A stretch of 64,000 nt of DNA. Origin: Utricularia gibba. Taxonomy: Eukaryota > Plantae > Magnoliophyta. The DNA is taken from NCBI GenBank assembly GCA_002189035.1, contig CM007991.1, forward strand, positions 3,348,001-3,412,000, written 5' to 3'. The notes beneath the pieces were generated by a model. That model was given only the letters and a program-made list of their open reading frames with translations, was not told the DNA's origin and made no database searches. The position numbers and the translations under genes are program-made. Below, in pieces: positions 1-14,542 of this stretch; the first letter of the stretch is position 1, and each line of letters opens with the position of its first letter.

Positions 1-660
1 GCGTGTACTAACAGCTCTTAACAAGAAAGCGAGCTCCATCAGCAACAAAGGCCCACCTAAAACAAAATATATGCAAAACAAAAAATGGATCAGTAAAGGA
101 ATGCGTGGAGCAAGCTAAAAGGCCAGGGTTAGTTCAAAATCAAGCGATGAAAAAGTGGGTACGACCCTACTAGTGTGGGAATACGTCAGAAACGCAGGCC
201 CAGACTCCATAGCCACCACATTAGCCTTTAAAACTAAAAAAACATCCATGCTGCTATGAAGATCGATAAAGTAGTAATTCTATCTTTACAATTTCCATAG
301 TTCTCATCAGTAATGTTAAAAGGCTCCAAGGCTTGATCTGGTTCAGAAACCATCAGCATAAAAAAACACTCTTCAAAAAATGGAAGAAAGACACGGAAAT
401 CAAGTACCAGAGAGCGACAACTCGTGCGAAACCATGAGCACAAGCTTTGATCTCATGAATTCTAGCGAGTTCTCTCCTTCCCCTCTAGATCTACTGCCTT
501 GAAAGCCAGACAATGGAGCTGAAATCGATAGATTCTCTTCATCACGAACATAACCGCGGCCGCAGGAACTAAACGAGGATCCGATGAGAAATGCCACCGC
601 CGTTGAGAAAGCGATGCACAGCAAGAAAACCAACCGCTGTTTCTTAGTCACTACGCCCAT
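1..660 (-). CDS. Glycosyltransferase (GT4 / group-1-like), membrane anchored; 5' part only, continues off the window
   Basis: Exon 660-408 encodes an N-terminal TM helix and SKLVLMVSHELSLSG. A GT-AG intron (407-57) joins in frame to GGPLLLMELAFLLRAVSTR (56-1). SHELSLSGGPLLLMELA is typical of this plant GT family. Confidence 0.8.
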
Positions 661-1126
661 GATCGAACAGGATCAAGAACCAATTCGTGAACTAGGGCAC
701 CACATTGTTAATTTGAGTACCACCCCTCCAAAACCTGACTCCCCAATCCCCAATTCATAGCTTTGCTAAACGGATCCATTTTCCCTAATAATTACCAAAA
801 AAAACCTCAATTTGGCTTATTTAAAAAAATGACCAAAATGCCCTCAATTTGGCCCATCGAAGCTCAATAGAAGAGGAAGAAGAAGAAGCTCAGTGACGAA
901 TGAAGAAAAATTCACAGCATCTGTGAGTGGCAGTAGCAAGGAGACAGGTCTGCTATTTCCAGTACATGAAGAAAAAGAGACACAGAACTCTAGAAAAATC
1001 TATGGCACATCATGAGGCCATGAATTCCCAGATCTCGTCTGTAGAGTTGTCCATAGTACATGCACAAATAGATAAACTATACATAGTACTAGTTTACTAG
1101 AACTCGTCTTCAGAGTTATCCACAGC

Positions 1127-2756
<1,630 letters not shown>

Positions 2757-3181
2757 CACCTTCCAGATTGGCTCTCGAGTTTCTGGGTTCTCGAGAAATC
2801 CTTTTGTATACACTATTCGCCAGAAATGAAACGCCACACACTTTTCAGATGACGTGGCCGTTCCGCTGATGAGGACTCATTACTCCATTCCCAGCCATTG
2901 GACAGAAATCGCTCTTTACCCTGCAGCTGTACACGAAAATGGTTGCCTTTCAGAGCCCAACACGTGGACGCGGGGACGCGCACAGCGCACGGACAGATGA
3001 ACAAATGGGCCTTACATGGGCTTTCTATTGAATTTAATATTGTCAATGTCCATGGGCAACCTTCCATGTTTAGATATTTTCAAAATTCAATATATTTTTT
3101 TAATTAGAATTTCTATATCAAAGATCCACACTTCAGACAAGGAATACTGCTATAAACCCATCAAATCGAAGTTTCTAGAAT

Positions 3182-4731
3182 TCAAACACTCAGTGACTCG
3201 GCAAGAAGGGGCTGAGTGATCGGGGCGGCATCCATCGGCTCTCTTCCGCCGCCGTTCATATGCTCGGCGCTGAGTTTCCTCTCCTCGTTCTTCCCCCACA
3301 GCACGAGGTACAATCCGGCAATGATTAGTGCTGCTCCGATGATGCTGTCAATGAGTTTGTGGAAACCCCATGTTAGTAATGTTTTGTTTCACGTATGTAT
3401 TGGGGCATGGATGTCTTAAGGAGTTGAGGTAAGAACAGACTGGTACATACCCCCCGAGATAGAACTCCTCTCCGAGAAGAAGAGAAGCCATGATTGCCAC
3501 CACGAGCGTTTGAACCGGTTGGTACACCGCCACGAACACCGGTCCGCCCCGATCGATGCACCAGATTTGGACCGCAAAGCCTGTGCCTGATGCCACCACT
3601 CCCTACATACAGTTCCACAACTTGCTGGTTTTTACTTGTGCTATTTTTGTGGTACAATATGAAGATAAAGGGGGCACTTACAGCGTACATGACGCTGAGG
3701 AGCTCGCCGCCGGAGTGAATACGCCACGCCTGAGAATTGGTCTCCGTGAAAGTGGCGATCAGTAGAAACTGGATCACTCCAAAGAAGCACTGATACGAAG
3801 TGAAGGAGAGCCGCGCCGGGTACTTTTTCAAAACCGGCGACTGAAGGACAAGCCACCCGGACCAGGAGAGGCAATGGCCGATCAAAAATATGCACCCCAG
3901 TGTCCAGTTCTTGCTTCCGGCAGAGGAAACGGCGGCGGCGAGATTCGGCGAGATCGCGGACACCGTGCTTCGAAGCGGCGGCTCTGGATTGTAGATAGTG
4001 GGCCCTTTGTAGAGTGTTATCACCGATGCGCCTGCGACGCAGAGTACTGTTCCGGCTACCTTTGAGACCCCGTCCCTACGATTGAGCCTCACTTTTTCAA
4101 TCCTGCAAATCGGTTTGGAGGAGTGATCAGTTCAAACCCCTCTCAAATATCAAATTCTTCTGAAATTTTCACGAAAGTCAACTCTACCTAAGAATAGCTG
4201 CCATGAGAAATGTGATCGCTGGAACCGAGTTCTGAATCGCGGAGGCGAAGGTGGGAGAAGTATGTTCTAAGCCAAGCAAATAAAATCCTTGATTCGCAGT
4301 GATCCTGTTACATTCCAACTGTTAATTCTCAGTTCTTACACAGGGAGGGCTCTGTTCTTAGCAATAAAAAAACACTATACCCAACAATGGCAAGAAGAAA
4401 GAACTGGGTAATGAAGCTCCACGAAATGGGCGGCCTCTCTTTCCTGTCCATGCATCGTCACCAGTTCAGACGAAAAACACGGGGAAAAAGAAAGATATTT
4501 TACAAGCAAACACAAGAGAAAGAAAAGCTCATACTTCTCTAGAAAGTAGGCGAAGGGGAGAAGGAGGAAGAAGGCGAGGATATTCCGGTAAACCGGGAAG
4601 ACTATTTTGCTCATCCCCATATTGAGGGCGGCGCGTGACACCACGTGGAAACCGGCATAGCCAAATTGCATCGCGAGCATCGCGATGTGAAGTTGAAACT
4701 TCTCCGGTACGGAGCAAAAACGGAAACCCAT
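3182..4731 (-). CDS. WAT1: WALLS ARE THIN 1-like EamA/MtN21 (UMAMIT) tonoplast transporter
   Basis: Multi-exon. VPEKFQLHIAMLAMQFGYAGFHVVSRAALNMG, ITANQGFYLLGL, CLSWSGWLVLQ, GGPVFVAVYQPVQT; C-terminus ITQPLLAESLSV with stop at 3182-3184. Confidence 0.88.
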
Positions 4732-7727
4732 CCTTTCTCCGATCACTTGCTGGGTGGCTAGAAAGGAGGAGAGCATAAGAAAGTGAGGAGAGCTGTGGAG
4801 AAGACACACATATAAATAAAAATATAGGATACTTCAGGACAAAACCACCTCGCAGCCATTCGGGCCCCATCCCATTAGGTGTAATAATAAACAATTTTAT
4901 ATTTAGTTTTAACTTTTTTATAATAGTTTAAATCTAATTAATTTTTAATTATATTTAAGAAATATTTCTAAAAAAAAATTATTTAGAACATTTTGAATCT
5001 ATTTTTCGATTCATTCGTAGTTAAACCTATAATTTTAAAACAAAGAATCTTCTAATTTTCAGTAAAATTATTACACAAAACATAAGTGTTTTAGAAAAAT
5101 AAACACTCCTTTGAAACTGTGTGATAAAAATTATCACTTCATATGTAATTTTTTTGTTTTACTATATAAGATATAAAGTGACCGTACCCATTTTTACAAA
5201 TGAGATCATAAAATACAGTAATTTTCAATGGCTAAATATGAAAATAAATTTAAATCTTTTTTAAAATGACATCAATTATGTAAGGTGACGTTGACACTAG
5301 AGCCGTGTGGGTAGTGTGTGTTTTCTAATTGTCGTCCTTTTTTTATTCTAAAAAAACCATAAATCTCTCCAATTCCCATTTTTCTTCAATTATTTCTCCC
5401 GATCAAATCCTCATATTTATTATTTTGCACGTGGGTTTTGTTTGGTTTGGTTTCCCACGTGTTGCCAACACACGATGATTCCGAAGAGGAAGGGCGTGGA
5501 ACCGGTCCCCAAACACAATGATCGAATGAAAGCTGGTCCTGGCCAAGTATAATTAAGGGTACGTGAACAGAAGACACAAGGGGCCGCCGGTGCGGTGGCG
5601 TGACGGAGAGCGCTCGCCGGCACCGTGTACCCGCTCCACTTGATTATGTCGTCCGCTATCCAACCGTACAGATGTGCAGCCACCCATCGTCACTTCTATT
5701 ACATACAATGCACATTAAAAAACAATCAATATTTGATGAGTTAGTGTATTTTTTTTAATGTGGGAGTTGGAATGGAGCCATCATCGCCTAAGCATTAACG
5801 ATTTAAATCCATAAGAAGGATGATGATGGCATAACATAGGTGTACTGTCGGTATAGTAAGGCAGTGTTTAATTGAAGATATAAGGAGGATTAATTAATAT
5901 GTATTAGATATTAATGTGTTTGGTTTGTAAGTTTATATATTTTGAATTTATGCACGAATTTGATAAACCCCTGTAGATGGATTTATATAAAGTAGACACC
6001 TCATTTACTTTATCTACTAACTAACCAAACAAATTCATAAATTATATACCAATTCGTCCTATTTTATCTAATCCTCATTAATATAAACACATCTCATCAT
6101 ATTCTTGCCAACTAAATGCTGACTTCAAATTCTATAGCAATATATATTTTAAATAACGTCCGTTTCGAATATCAACAACTCATGATTTGCCTTTTGAAGA
6201 AAAAATTTCGCTCAACATTAGAAAGATTCATTTATTTAAATATATTTATATTTATTCATAATTAGAATGAGATATCATCATTAAATCTTTAATCTTACAT
6301 ACTCACTTAGCTCGGCCTGGTTTTTTCTGTGCGCCAAGGTCAGCCTCTTCACTGGCAACCTCGCCCATCGAGAATATGATATGTACCCATAAGGATCTGG
6401 TGGCTCTGGATGATTCATTTTTTTGAAGAATCAGAAGTTTCTTGTGTGAGGATTCCTTTATTTAGCAGATAAAATAACCTATCTACACCATGTGCGACAT
6501 TAAATCTGTGTTGCATTGCATAGTTGTACTGTCTCTACTCAACTGGATCCGATTCTCCAGACAAGGATTTAAGTACCACATGTAAACGAAAAAAAAAAAA
6601 AGATCGTGGTGATGGATGGAAGGAGGCAGGAGGGGATGTAAAGCGGATTCGTACGCGAGTTTGTGTTGTTTCGTATTACACACTTTGTTCTAATGGGTTC
6701 TAAACACGTAAACTAGTTGGTTGATGCATGAATATTACACATATAATTATGTGATACATCGAATCCTTAATTTCAATATAAGAATCAATTTGGATTGGGA
6801 GTATGAGGTCACAGGTTGATGCTCGGAAAATTGATCATCGTGCAGATGTGGTGATGCACATGCGTGGTCTTGGATCGCGATGGTTTCGTTGTGCCGACCT
6901 AAAAGAAAATAGTTCTATGGAATTTTGAACTGAAATGATATTTCGATTTTAATTTTTGAATTTTGATATGGATTCGATTATTGATCATCCCAACGACCTC
7001 TCAGAACGTTGGACAAACGTGGCCGTGACACGTGTCGGGAAAGCTCTGACATCTGAAGTGTCTTCTTTGAGTTCCGAAGGGGCCGCTTTTTTTTTTTTTT
7101 TTTTTCTGCTGAGCCAAGTGTGAGATTTGGGCCTCTGCCAGCCCAACTCCGCAGGATCGTCTTGCAGATGGTTAGAAGTTCCAACAGCGTGATACATGGC
7201 CCGACACGCCTTTCACTGGTCGCATGAGGGATGGCATCTCTTCAGTTTCGAATGGTATTGTTGGAAAATTGAGCTGGATACATTTGCGATATTTTGGCGC
7301 GTAGATGGATGGGATTGAACCTGATCACTGAGTTGGATTGACCGAAACTGTTGTAGTTGGGTAGTCTTCGTTCCAGGCGAGAAGGGATGATTGCACCACA
7401 GTTTCATTTCCCACGAAAAGGTTAGTGCTTTTCGGATGGTGGGTGAGCAATAATTTCATTTTCATGGCGATGATTTCAGAATTGTAACGGCGACGGTTTT
7501 CATGTGATTTCGAATTGCCGACGGCCCAATGTTGATTTCTTGATGACGACGGTTTATGCTTAGAAATACCACAAAATCACTTGAATTGCCGACGGCCAAT
7601 GTTGTTGATTTCTAGTATCATTTTGAACTCCGTACTTTGCTCTCGTAGGCCAACCCAAATCCGCTTTAAACTACCTCCTCAAGACGTAGAAAATTTCATA
7701 GAAAGACCAGTTTGTTGATTTAGAAAA

Positions 7728-8519
7728 ATGCCGAATCTGGACAAAGTTTGTGTGGATGATGTTTCTCTTCTTTCTCACTCAGACCCTGTTGTGTTGGAAC
7801 TCAACAGGTTCCATAATCAGATTACAGGTTACACAGTTTGTGTTGGTTGACGCTCATTCCTCAATTGTTTCACTCTGTATTTTCATATGATTGTTACAGA
7901 GACGGAAAGGGAAATTGGGAAAGCTCAAAATGAAACTCGTGCACACTGCACTAAAGCCAGTCAAAGTTGAAAGGATAAAGCTGCTGGAAGGGTAACTTCG
8001 ATATATCAGATAGTTTGAACTTGGAGTTGTTACTCATGTGATGCCATGAAAAAGTGATGTCTTTGTGGAGCTTGTGTGGGACGTTGAAAGTTAGGATGAA
8101 AAGCCAAACTAGATGAAAAGGAGATAGAACAAAAGGTGGGGTGATTAAGCTTCTGTCTGCTTTTTCTTGAAACTACATGTGCATCATAATTTGCATTTCT
8201 TCCTTTGAAGCAGAATCTTGAGATCAAGAAGGCGATACATGTTAAAAAAGAAGCACTGGCAACACAATATGCACTCTTGGCAGACTGTATGCTGATGGGA
8301 AGCATTATGATCCGGTTCCCATCGAATCAACCATCGCCCCTCTCCTGGCGGATCTCATCCTTAGACACACGGTTAACTGCTGCTCTCCTGCAAAAATTGC
8401 CTTTTTTATACTTCTGTGATTCATTCGTGCTTCGAGCTCATTTTCTATTGGTTTTTATGGCTGTTTGCAGCAGGCAAGAAGATGAAAGGGCACTGGAGCC
8501 ATGTCTTCTTGAATCTTGA
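7728..8519 (+). pseudogene. Decayed, 3'-truncated microtubule-associated protein 70 (MAP70-5-like) pseudogene
   Basis: ATG 7728 gives MPNLDKVCVDDVSLLSHSDPVVLELNRFHNQIT, then ETEREIGKAQNE with an in-frame TGA at 7968-7970. Next come NLEIKKAIHVKKEALATQYA, a frameshift to RLYADGKHYDPVPIESTIAPLLADL, and QEDERALE ending in a stop. These match MAP70 coiled-coil motifs. No downstream exons are seen. Confidence 0.75.
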
Positions 8520-8685
8520 ACACAAAATAACAGTACATGGAACACACATCAGGCGTTGAGCAATGAGTTACGTTACAGTTTGACATAAATCAACGGGTAG
8601 GATTTCCCGGGTATACGGGTCAGGCCATACCCGGCTCTTATTTCTTGTGTATGTATTGTGTACCATATTTTACGAGGGACGATGA

Positions 8686-9954
8686 TCACATGATGGAGCA
8701 GCCATTGGGATTCTCATCACTGAAGTAGTAGTCGCATCTGCTGCGTCGCTCTCGGATTGGGACTGGGACCTTCTCGGACGCATATCCATAGTCATACACG
8801 TACCCTTCGTATTGGGGCTGCGGCGGATCCGGAGCCCCGAAACCGTACCCGTGAGTGCACGGGCCGCCCCCGTATCCGTTGTAGCATTCCATGCAGCAGT
8901 TTCTCCTGTCCGGACCCCAGGAGCCGAAACCTTGATAACATGGGCCTCCGCCGTGTCCGTGATAGCACTCGGTGCAGCATGTTCCCCATGGTCTCGGGTA
9001 CCCGCTTACGAAATCCGGATATGGGTATGGATCCGGATCGGGATCCTTCTCTGGTTTTTCAACTACCACAACCGGGGGTGGTTCAGGGTCCTTGGGTGGC
9101 TCGACCACCACGACCACAGGTTCAGGATCCCTTTCAGGTTCAATAACCACAACTGGGGAGGTTCAGGGTCCTTGGGTGGCTTGAACACCACGACCACCGG
9201 TTCAGGCTCCTTTGGCGGTTCAGGAACCATCACAACAACTTGAGGCTCAGGCTCGTTGGGTGGCTCGGGAACCACCACCACAACTGGCGCCTCCGGCTCC
9301 TGGGGTGGTTCTAGAATCACCTCCGCAACCGGTGGCTCCGGCTCTGGTTCAGACTCTTCCTGTGGCTCCGGAACAACCAAGATAACCGGAGGTTCAGGCT
9401 CTTGCGGTGGCTCGGGAACCACAACAACAACCGGTGGTTCAGGCTCCTTGGGTGGTTCCACTATGACCACCTTCTTTTTTGGCTTTTTAGGCTCCGGTTC
9501 AGGATCTTTGATCAGAATGCTCTTGATGACATTAGAACCTTTGCAACACAATTTATCTCGAATTCCCTCAGGATCGCAGCAGAAAACGGAGATGGTAATC
9601 GTGTTCGCCTTTTCATCGAACACCTGGTCTCTGATTTCTTTCGTCCACAACACATTTTTTCAACAGGAAAGAAAAAAAGAGAACCAACCTCAGTCGACTC
9701 CAATCAAAATAACTCTCCCTTCAAGAACAGGGGATCACGCACCACCCCCATAACTATACACAGAAGCAGAGAAGAAACTCACGGGGAAATCTGCTGAGGA
9801 TCTTCTTAACCTTCTTGTAGCATGTAACGCACTGGAGATCAACCTTGAGAACCATCGTCGTCATCCTCTGAAACCACAATTAAAAAAAAATCACCCTCTG
9901 ATTGACTGAAAAACAAAAAACCAAGAATCATGTCACAGCTACCTTGTACGCCAT
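8686..9954 (-). CDS. Heavy-metal-associated isoprenylated plant protein (HIPP / Pi21-like) with long PEPP-VVVV repeat tract
   Basis: Exons 9954-9943 (MAYK), 9867-9783 (VLKVDLQCVTCYKKVKKIL, CxxC) and 9637-8686 (VFCCDPE, KLCCKG, Pro/Glu/Val repeats, CaaX terminus DENPNGCSIM). One apparent -1 frameshift at G-run 9155-9158. Confidence 0.82.
9060..9480 (-). repeat. Coding tandem repeats (about 39-48 nt units, EPPKEPEPPVVVVV-type) in the HIPP gene
   Basis: Roughly ten degenerate units such as ggttcaggctcc/ggttcagggtcc ... accacaac, visible directly and in translation. Confidence 0.85.
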
Positions 9955-12552
9955 GAAAGGCTGATCCGGGAAAGGAAAGAAATGGTGAAGACGATAGAGA
10001 GACTGGTGGAAAAAAAAAAGGCGAGAGTAATAAATATACAATTTAATATTAAATTAAAAAAACAAATCTGCGCACCGCACTAATTTCAATGCCCGCAGAC
10101 AATTAGGGTTAAATTATTTCTTACGTCAGGAAATTCCTTAATGTCCAAAGGTGATTAAATGACATTAATCAGGATTAGGCCGGTGTCTAATCATGTGGCT
10201 AAAAAATAATTCCTAATAGTAAGCCCAGCAGTTGACCCATAAAATTAAAAAATGTATACGAAAAGACATTCTTGCCCTTGGGGATTATATAATTTTTTGA
10301 AATAATTTATTTGATAGTAGAGATTTTTCCATTTTTTTTTCGAATTTGACACATGGATAGTAGTAGGGAATTAGGACCCCAGTCCAAAAGGGCGAGCTGC
10401 GTCCCCCACTAGGGCTCCTCTCCTGTAATGACTATTTTATCCTTGCGGCTTTTCCTAGAAAGACTGTTTTACCCTTTCGGGTAATAATCGTGTCTGTGTG
10501 TCTGTGTCTGTGTATGGGATCCATTTATGCATGAGTGTTGATGAGGAAGAGCAGGGTCTGAATGGGGCACTGGGAAGTTGGCAAATGCTAAAGGGAGGAG
10601 GAGGGCATGTGCTCGGGAGGGGTTTCGATTGTGTCGGCAAATTGCGACCGTGGGGGGCCGCAGAATAGTGACCAATTAGCTGGCGTTGATGGGCACTTCC
10701 CAACGCCCGATCTGGATGACAGGATCACTAGTATTCCAACGCCCTTCCTTCCTTTCTTGCACAGCACCCGCAGACGAAGAGCTCCCCGCCCACGCACGCC
10801 CTCCCCAACCAGCGAATTCGGTGGCAATAGAGTGCTCTTCTCTGTCTGATTGTTGGTGAAGGTTTTACTGTCTCGTTTGATAGGATGATTTGTTTTACAG
10901 TAAAATAAAGGATTTGAAAAGATTGATGTATTTTGTAATAAATGTTATTTAATTTACGTATTTAATAAAACAATTTTATAATTGGATTTATGTCTAAATC
11001 ATTAAAATATCTATATTTATATATATATTTAAATAATTTATAATAAAAAAATCTAATATATTATCATTATTTTTAAAAAATAATTTAATGTATGTCAGAT
11101 TATTGAAGTGATTCATTATCTTTTATGCATTAATAATAAATAAATAAATTTATTTAGGCTCAAATGCGTTCAATTCATGCCTAACTCAAGCACTATCAGG
11201 TACAAATTTTCAAATCCAAACATAATTGAATTAAATGGGTCAGGTTTAGGGTTAGGGTTAGGTTTATCTAATCCATTTGCACTCCTAATTAAACCAACAC
11301 AGGGGATTTTTTTTATGTATTTTTTGGTTGAATCCATTGAAGTACTGAATATCTATCGACCAGGAAATGTAAGGGAATGACTGTTGAGCCTGTTTGTCAG
11401 TGACAAAACAAAGCAGTGATGTATCAGAGAAGCATGTTTGGGAGTTTTGGTTAGAACTCACTTTCAGGAGATGTTGATGGGAAGCAGTATTTGATGACCC
11501 CACGACCATCCTCCCGCAACTGATGGGTTTTTTGTAGTACTCCACTTGATCCGCTTTAGATGGCTGGAGGTCCCCTTCTCTGAATCGTTCTTATTTCTCT
11601 GCAACTTAAATTTATAGAGTCTATTGATGTAGGACTGAGGCACGTGTTGGGTGGAGTCTTTTCCTGATCCCTGCCTGCAAGGTACAACACCTGTGGAGGA
11701 GAGTGCTCATAAACCATGATGCTTAAAGAGTGCGTGAAAGCCTTCTGAGTTCTGTGCAACTACAGTTCAGGGGATGCTCATAAACCATCATGGATAAGGG
11801 GTATGGGGAGCCATCAGCCTTCTGCTGTTCCTAAGAAGTGGTTTCATTCTGATAGGCCTTCAGGTTTCCAGAATTCTGCATCAGAGATTGAGATTAAAAA
11901 AAAAAAAGTGTTTAGAAAAGTGAAACCATCAACGATTGCAAATGTGAGGTAGCAGTGGTAAGTGGTGTAGCCATGTATTACTCAGTTCCATGAAGCAAAG
12001 AAAAATACCACCGGTTCAATGCAGATACTGAGAAGAAAACCAAAGGGATTCTCCGAAAGTGTACAGCAGCTGGAAGAGAAAAGAGATAACTGCTCTGCAT
12101 CATGAAGAATTGGAGCTTCCATTTTCGCTTCCCGCATCACATTCATGGCTTCCACCTTGGTTCTAAAAGTTTGTTTCATCTACACGAGATACCAGAGTAA
12201 TGGGGTCTCAACAGCATAAACCTTTCAAATTGATGTGCGTTGCTCGTTCAGATGGGGATAGCCAACACACGACGAATCCGGGGCATCATAAGAAATGATT
12301 GTAGAACAAGATTACACTTCTTTTGCAGATCATATGATGACTGGGGATGCAGTTTCACTTGCTTATTTCAACCTCTAAACCAGTGTTGGAATCAGAACAC
12401 AAAACACAGAGGCAGCCTCATCTCAAATATAATCATCTCAATCACAATGTAATACTAAAGGAACAAAAACATATGCTAAAAACTACGTGCAAGGAAGCAT
12501 TCAGAAATAAGAGGAAACAGCCACTTGTTGAAAGGAGGAACCGCAAATCTGA

Positions 12553-13146
12553 TTAGCTAGCTTTAGGATCAGGCATGGGGAAAAGTCCAGCACCAGCAGC
12601 ACCCCGCGGCGGCGAGAAACCCAACAGTTTCTGCAGGTTAGTCCTTATACTGATAGAACACAGCAAGTATAAAAACGCCATGGAACAATCTGTCATGTCG
12701 TTCCCGAGCAAACCCCTGTGGGTCATCTTCTGTATCAATCTAATGGGTACAAATGGGATCTTGGCTACAGGTTTACCGTCAAACAAACTGTTGAGCAACC
12801 CAAACACCATGAACAGAACCAGGGCCACGACGGCGCCGGATTTGAATTTGAACATAGACAGATCCCGACTGGATTCTTTCAAAGACGTCTCTACCCGGTC
12901 CATCTTCTTGGTTTTAGATGATTTCTTGAGAAGATTTGAGGAGGACGAAGAATTTGAGTCGGTTGTCTTCATCGTCTCCAGCTTTTTGGAGGCTTTGTCG
13001 ATGGTTGACTTGAGAGATTTGTACGAGGATGTTCTGTATATCAGCACCCAAGATATGGCTTCGCAGAGCACGGCGGTGCACATAGATATTCCGACGACGA
13101 CCAGCGCATCCGAGTACTTCGCACCGGCGAGTAGTTGGGCCGCCAT
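12553..13146 (-). CDS. TMCO1: TMCO1-like ER membrane protein (DUF106/EMC3-TMCO1 family), single exon, 197 aa
   Basis: Intact ORF: AISWVLIYRTSSYKSLK, RDLSMFKFKS, KIPFVP, HRGLLGND.TDCSMAFLYLLCSISIRTNLQKLLGFSPPR. Confidence 0.9.
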   Translation of the reverse strand: MAAQLLAGAKYSDALVVVGISMCTAVLCEAISWVLIYRTSSYKSLKSTIDKASKKLETMKTTDSNSSSSSNLLKKSSKTKKMDRVETSLKESSRDLSMFKFKSGAVVALVLFMVFGLLNSLFDGKPVAKIPFVPIRLIQKMTHRGLLGNDMTDCSMAFLYLLCSISIRTNLQKLLGFSPPRGAAGAGLFPMPDPKAS

Positions 13147-14542
13147 CGAGAGAGATCACAACGCAGGAGAACCCTGTGACGAGGCCGAATAATAAGGACC
13201 CTCTGCAATTGTGTCCTTAATGGGCCTTAGACCAATTACCGGCCCAATATTCAATCAAACACCCAAGCTTCATTAATAAATAGTACTTTTGTTAGGATAA
13301 TTTAATTAATTATATATTTAATTTTTTTATATTTAGATATGCATGCATTACGTCATCGAAATTGAAAATATATTTATTAAAAAATTTTATGAATATATAT
13401 TTAAAATATAATTATGTTTAGTAAATGTGCTCAAAATGAATAAAAAAATATAAAACTCAATTGATTAAAAAAATGTGAAATAATAGTTTTAATAGTATAT
13501 GGATAACAATCATTTTATAAATCGTGTATATATTAAAGAAATATCTATTAAATAAATATATTTCTTAAGATATGCATATTTATAAATGTACATAGGCGTA
13601 TAAAATATGATCAATAATTTAAATTATCGAATATTGCAATACATTATCATATAAAATTCATATGTTCAGGTATATTTATCTAAATATCAATAATTACAAT
13701 ATTTTATCACATCAAATGTAACAACTCATCTTATCCTATATGTTTTGGGTAATCAATTCTTACAAATTCATGTTCTCTTTTTTCGTAAGATCATCTTTAA
13801 TTATTTTCAGGAATACTGATGTGGTACTTCTAAAAATGGGATAAATGTTTACGAAAATGGATAAACTTGTTTACCAAGTTTTCTTTCAAAAATGATTTAA
13901 AATATAATTTTTAATATTTTATTTTAAATTTACGATTTTTGAAAATAGATACAAATCTAAATAAAACTTAATAATTCAATTTTTAAAAATATCATGTCAG
14001 TATTTTCGAATATTGTTAAAGATGCTCTAACTCATGTAGAATTCCATTCTTACTTGGGTTGGATCCAATTGGATTATTTCACTTCTATTGTAAAAAATCC
14101 AATGAACCTAAGCGATTAGAGAGATTCGAAAGCTACAGTGAAGCCGAAGCTTGGCCCTAGAATTCGCATCCCTAAGGAGAATCCAAGCGCAACGCGTGGT
14201 TGCCATTTTCCAGGTTCAGATGCTTGCATGGTGGTTGGAGGAATGTGAACCTACTAGGGGTCAGGGGTTAGGACCCTGGTTCCAGAATCTTGAATCGGCA
14301 GGGCTGAGTTGATAGCATAAATGGGTTGGTGGGTAGTAGTAGTAGAAGCCTGTAGCCGGTCAAAGCCCTCCAATCCTGAGTGCTGCCCAACTGTGAAAAA
14401 CAATTAACAACGCCTATTCCCCACGGGCGAATGCCCTTCTCTCGTTCTCCCCGCCTCTTCTTTCTCTCTATAAATCAATTACTCTGCTCACACGCTACTG
14501 CTACTTCCAACATTTTAAACCCTTCCTTCACTCTCAGTGGGG

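Noticed and set aside
57-407. Possible C/D snoRNA in the long first intron of the glycosyltransferase
   Set aside because: C-box is imperfect (CTGATGG) and no rRNA-complementary guide could be recognised.
5863-6090. Weak inverted similarity (gtgttta..gaggatt / aatcctc..taaacac), MITE-like
   Set aside because: Too degenerate and AT-rich to support; no TSD.
7440-7615. Degenerate about 70-bp direct repeats (gaattgccgacggcc) upstream of the MAP70 relic
   Set aside because: Only two or three decayed copies with no structure or coding signal; ordinary local duplication.
8757-9797. Gly/Ser/Thr-rich + strand ORFs
   Set aside because: Antisense of the HIPP Pro-rich repeats.
10830-10850. GTGCTCTTCTCTGTC resembling miR156/SPL site
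   Set aside because: Needs several gaps, and no hairpin partner was found.
11245-11262. TTTAGGGTTAGGGTTAGG telomere-like tract
   Set aside because: Fewer than three units, embedded in AT-rich DNA; too short to call an interstitial telomere.
11340-12330. Moderately GC-rich stretch with short ORFs and splice-like sites downstream of TMCO1
   Set aside because: No recognisable protein in any frame; most simply a spliced 3' UTR or intergenic DNA.
12575-13192. 205-aa + strand ORF
   Set aside because: Antisense shadow of the TMCO1-like gene.
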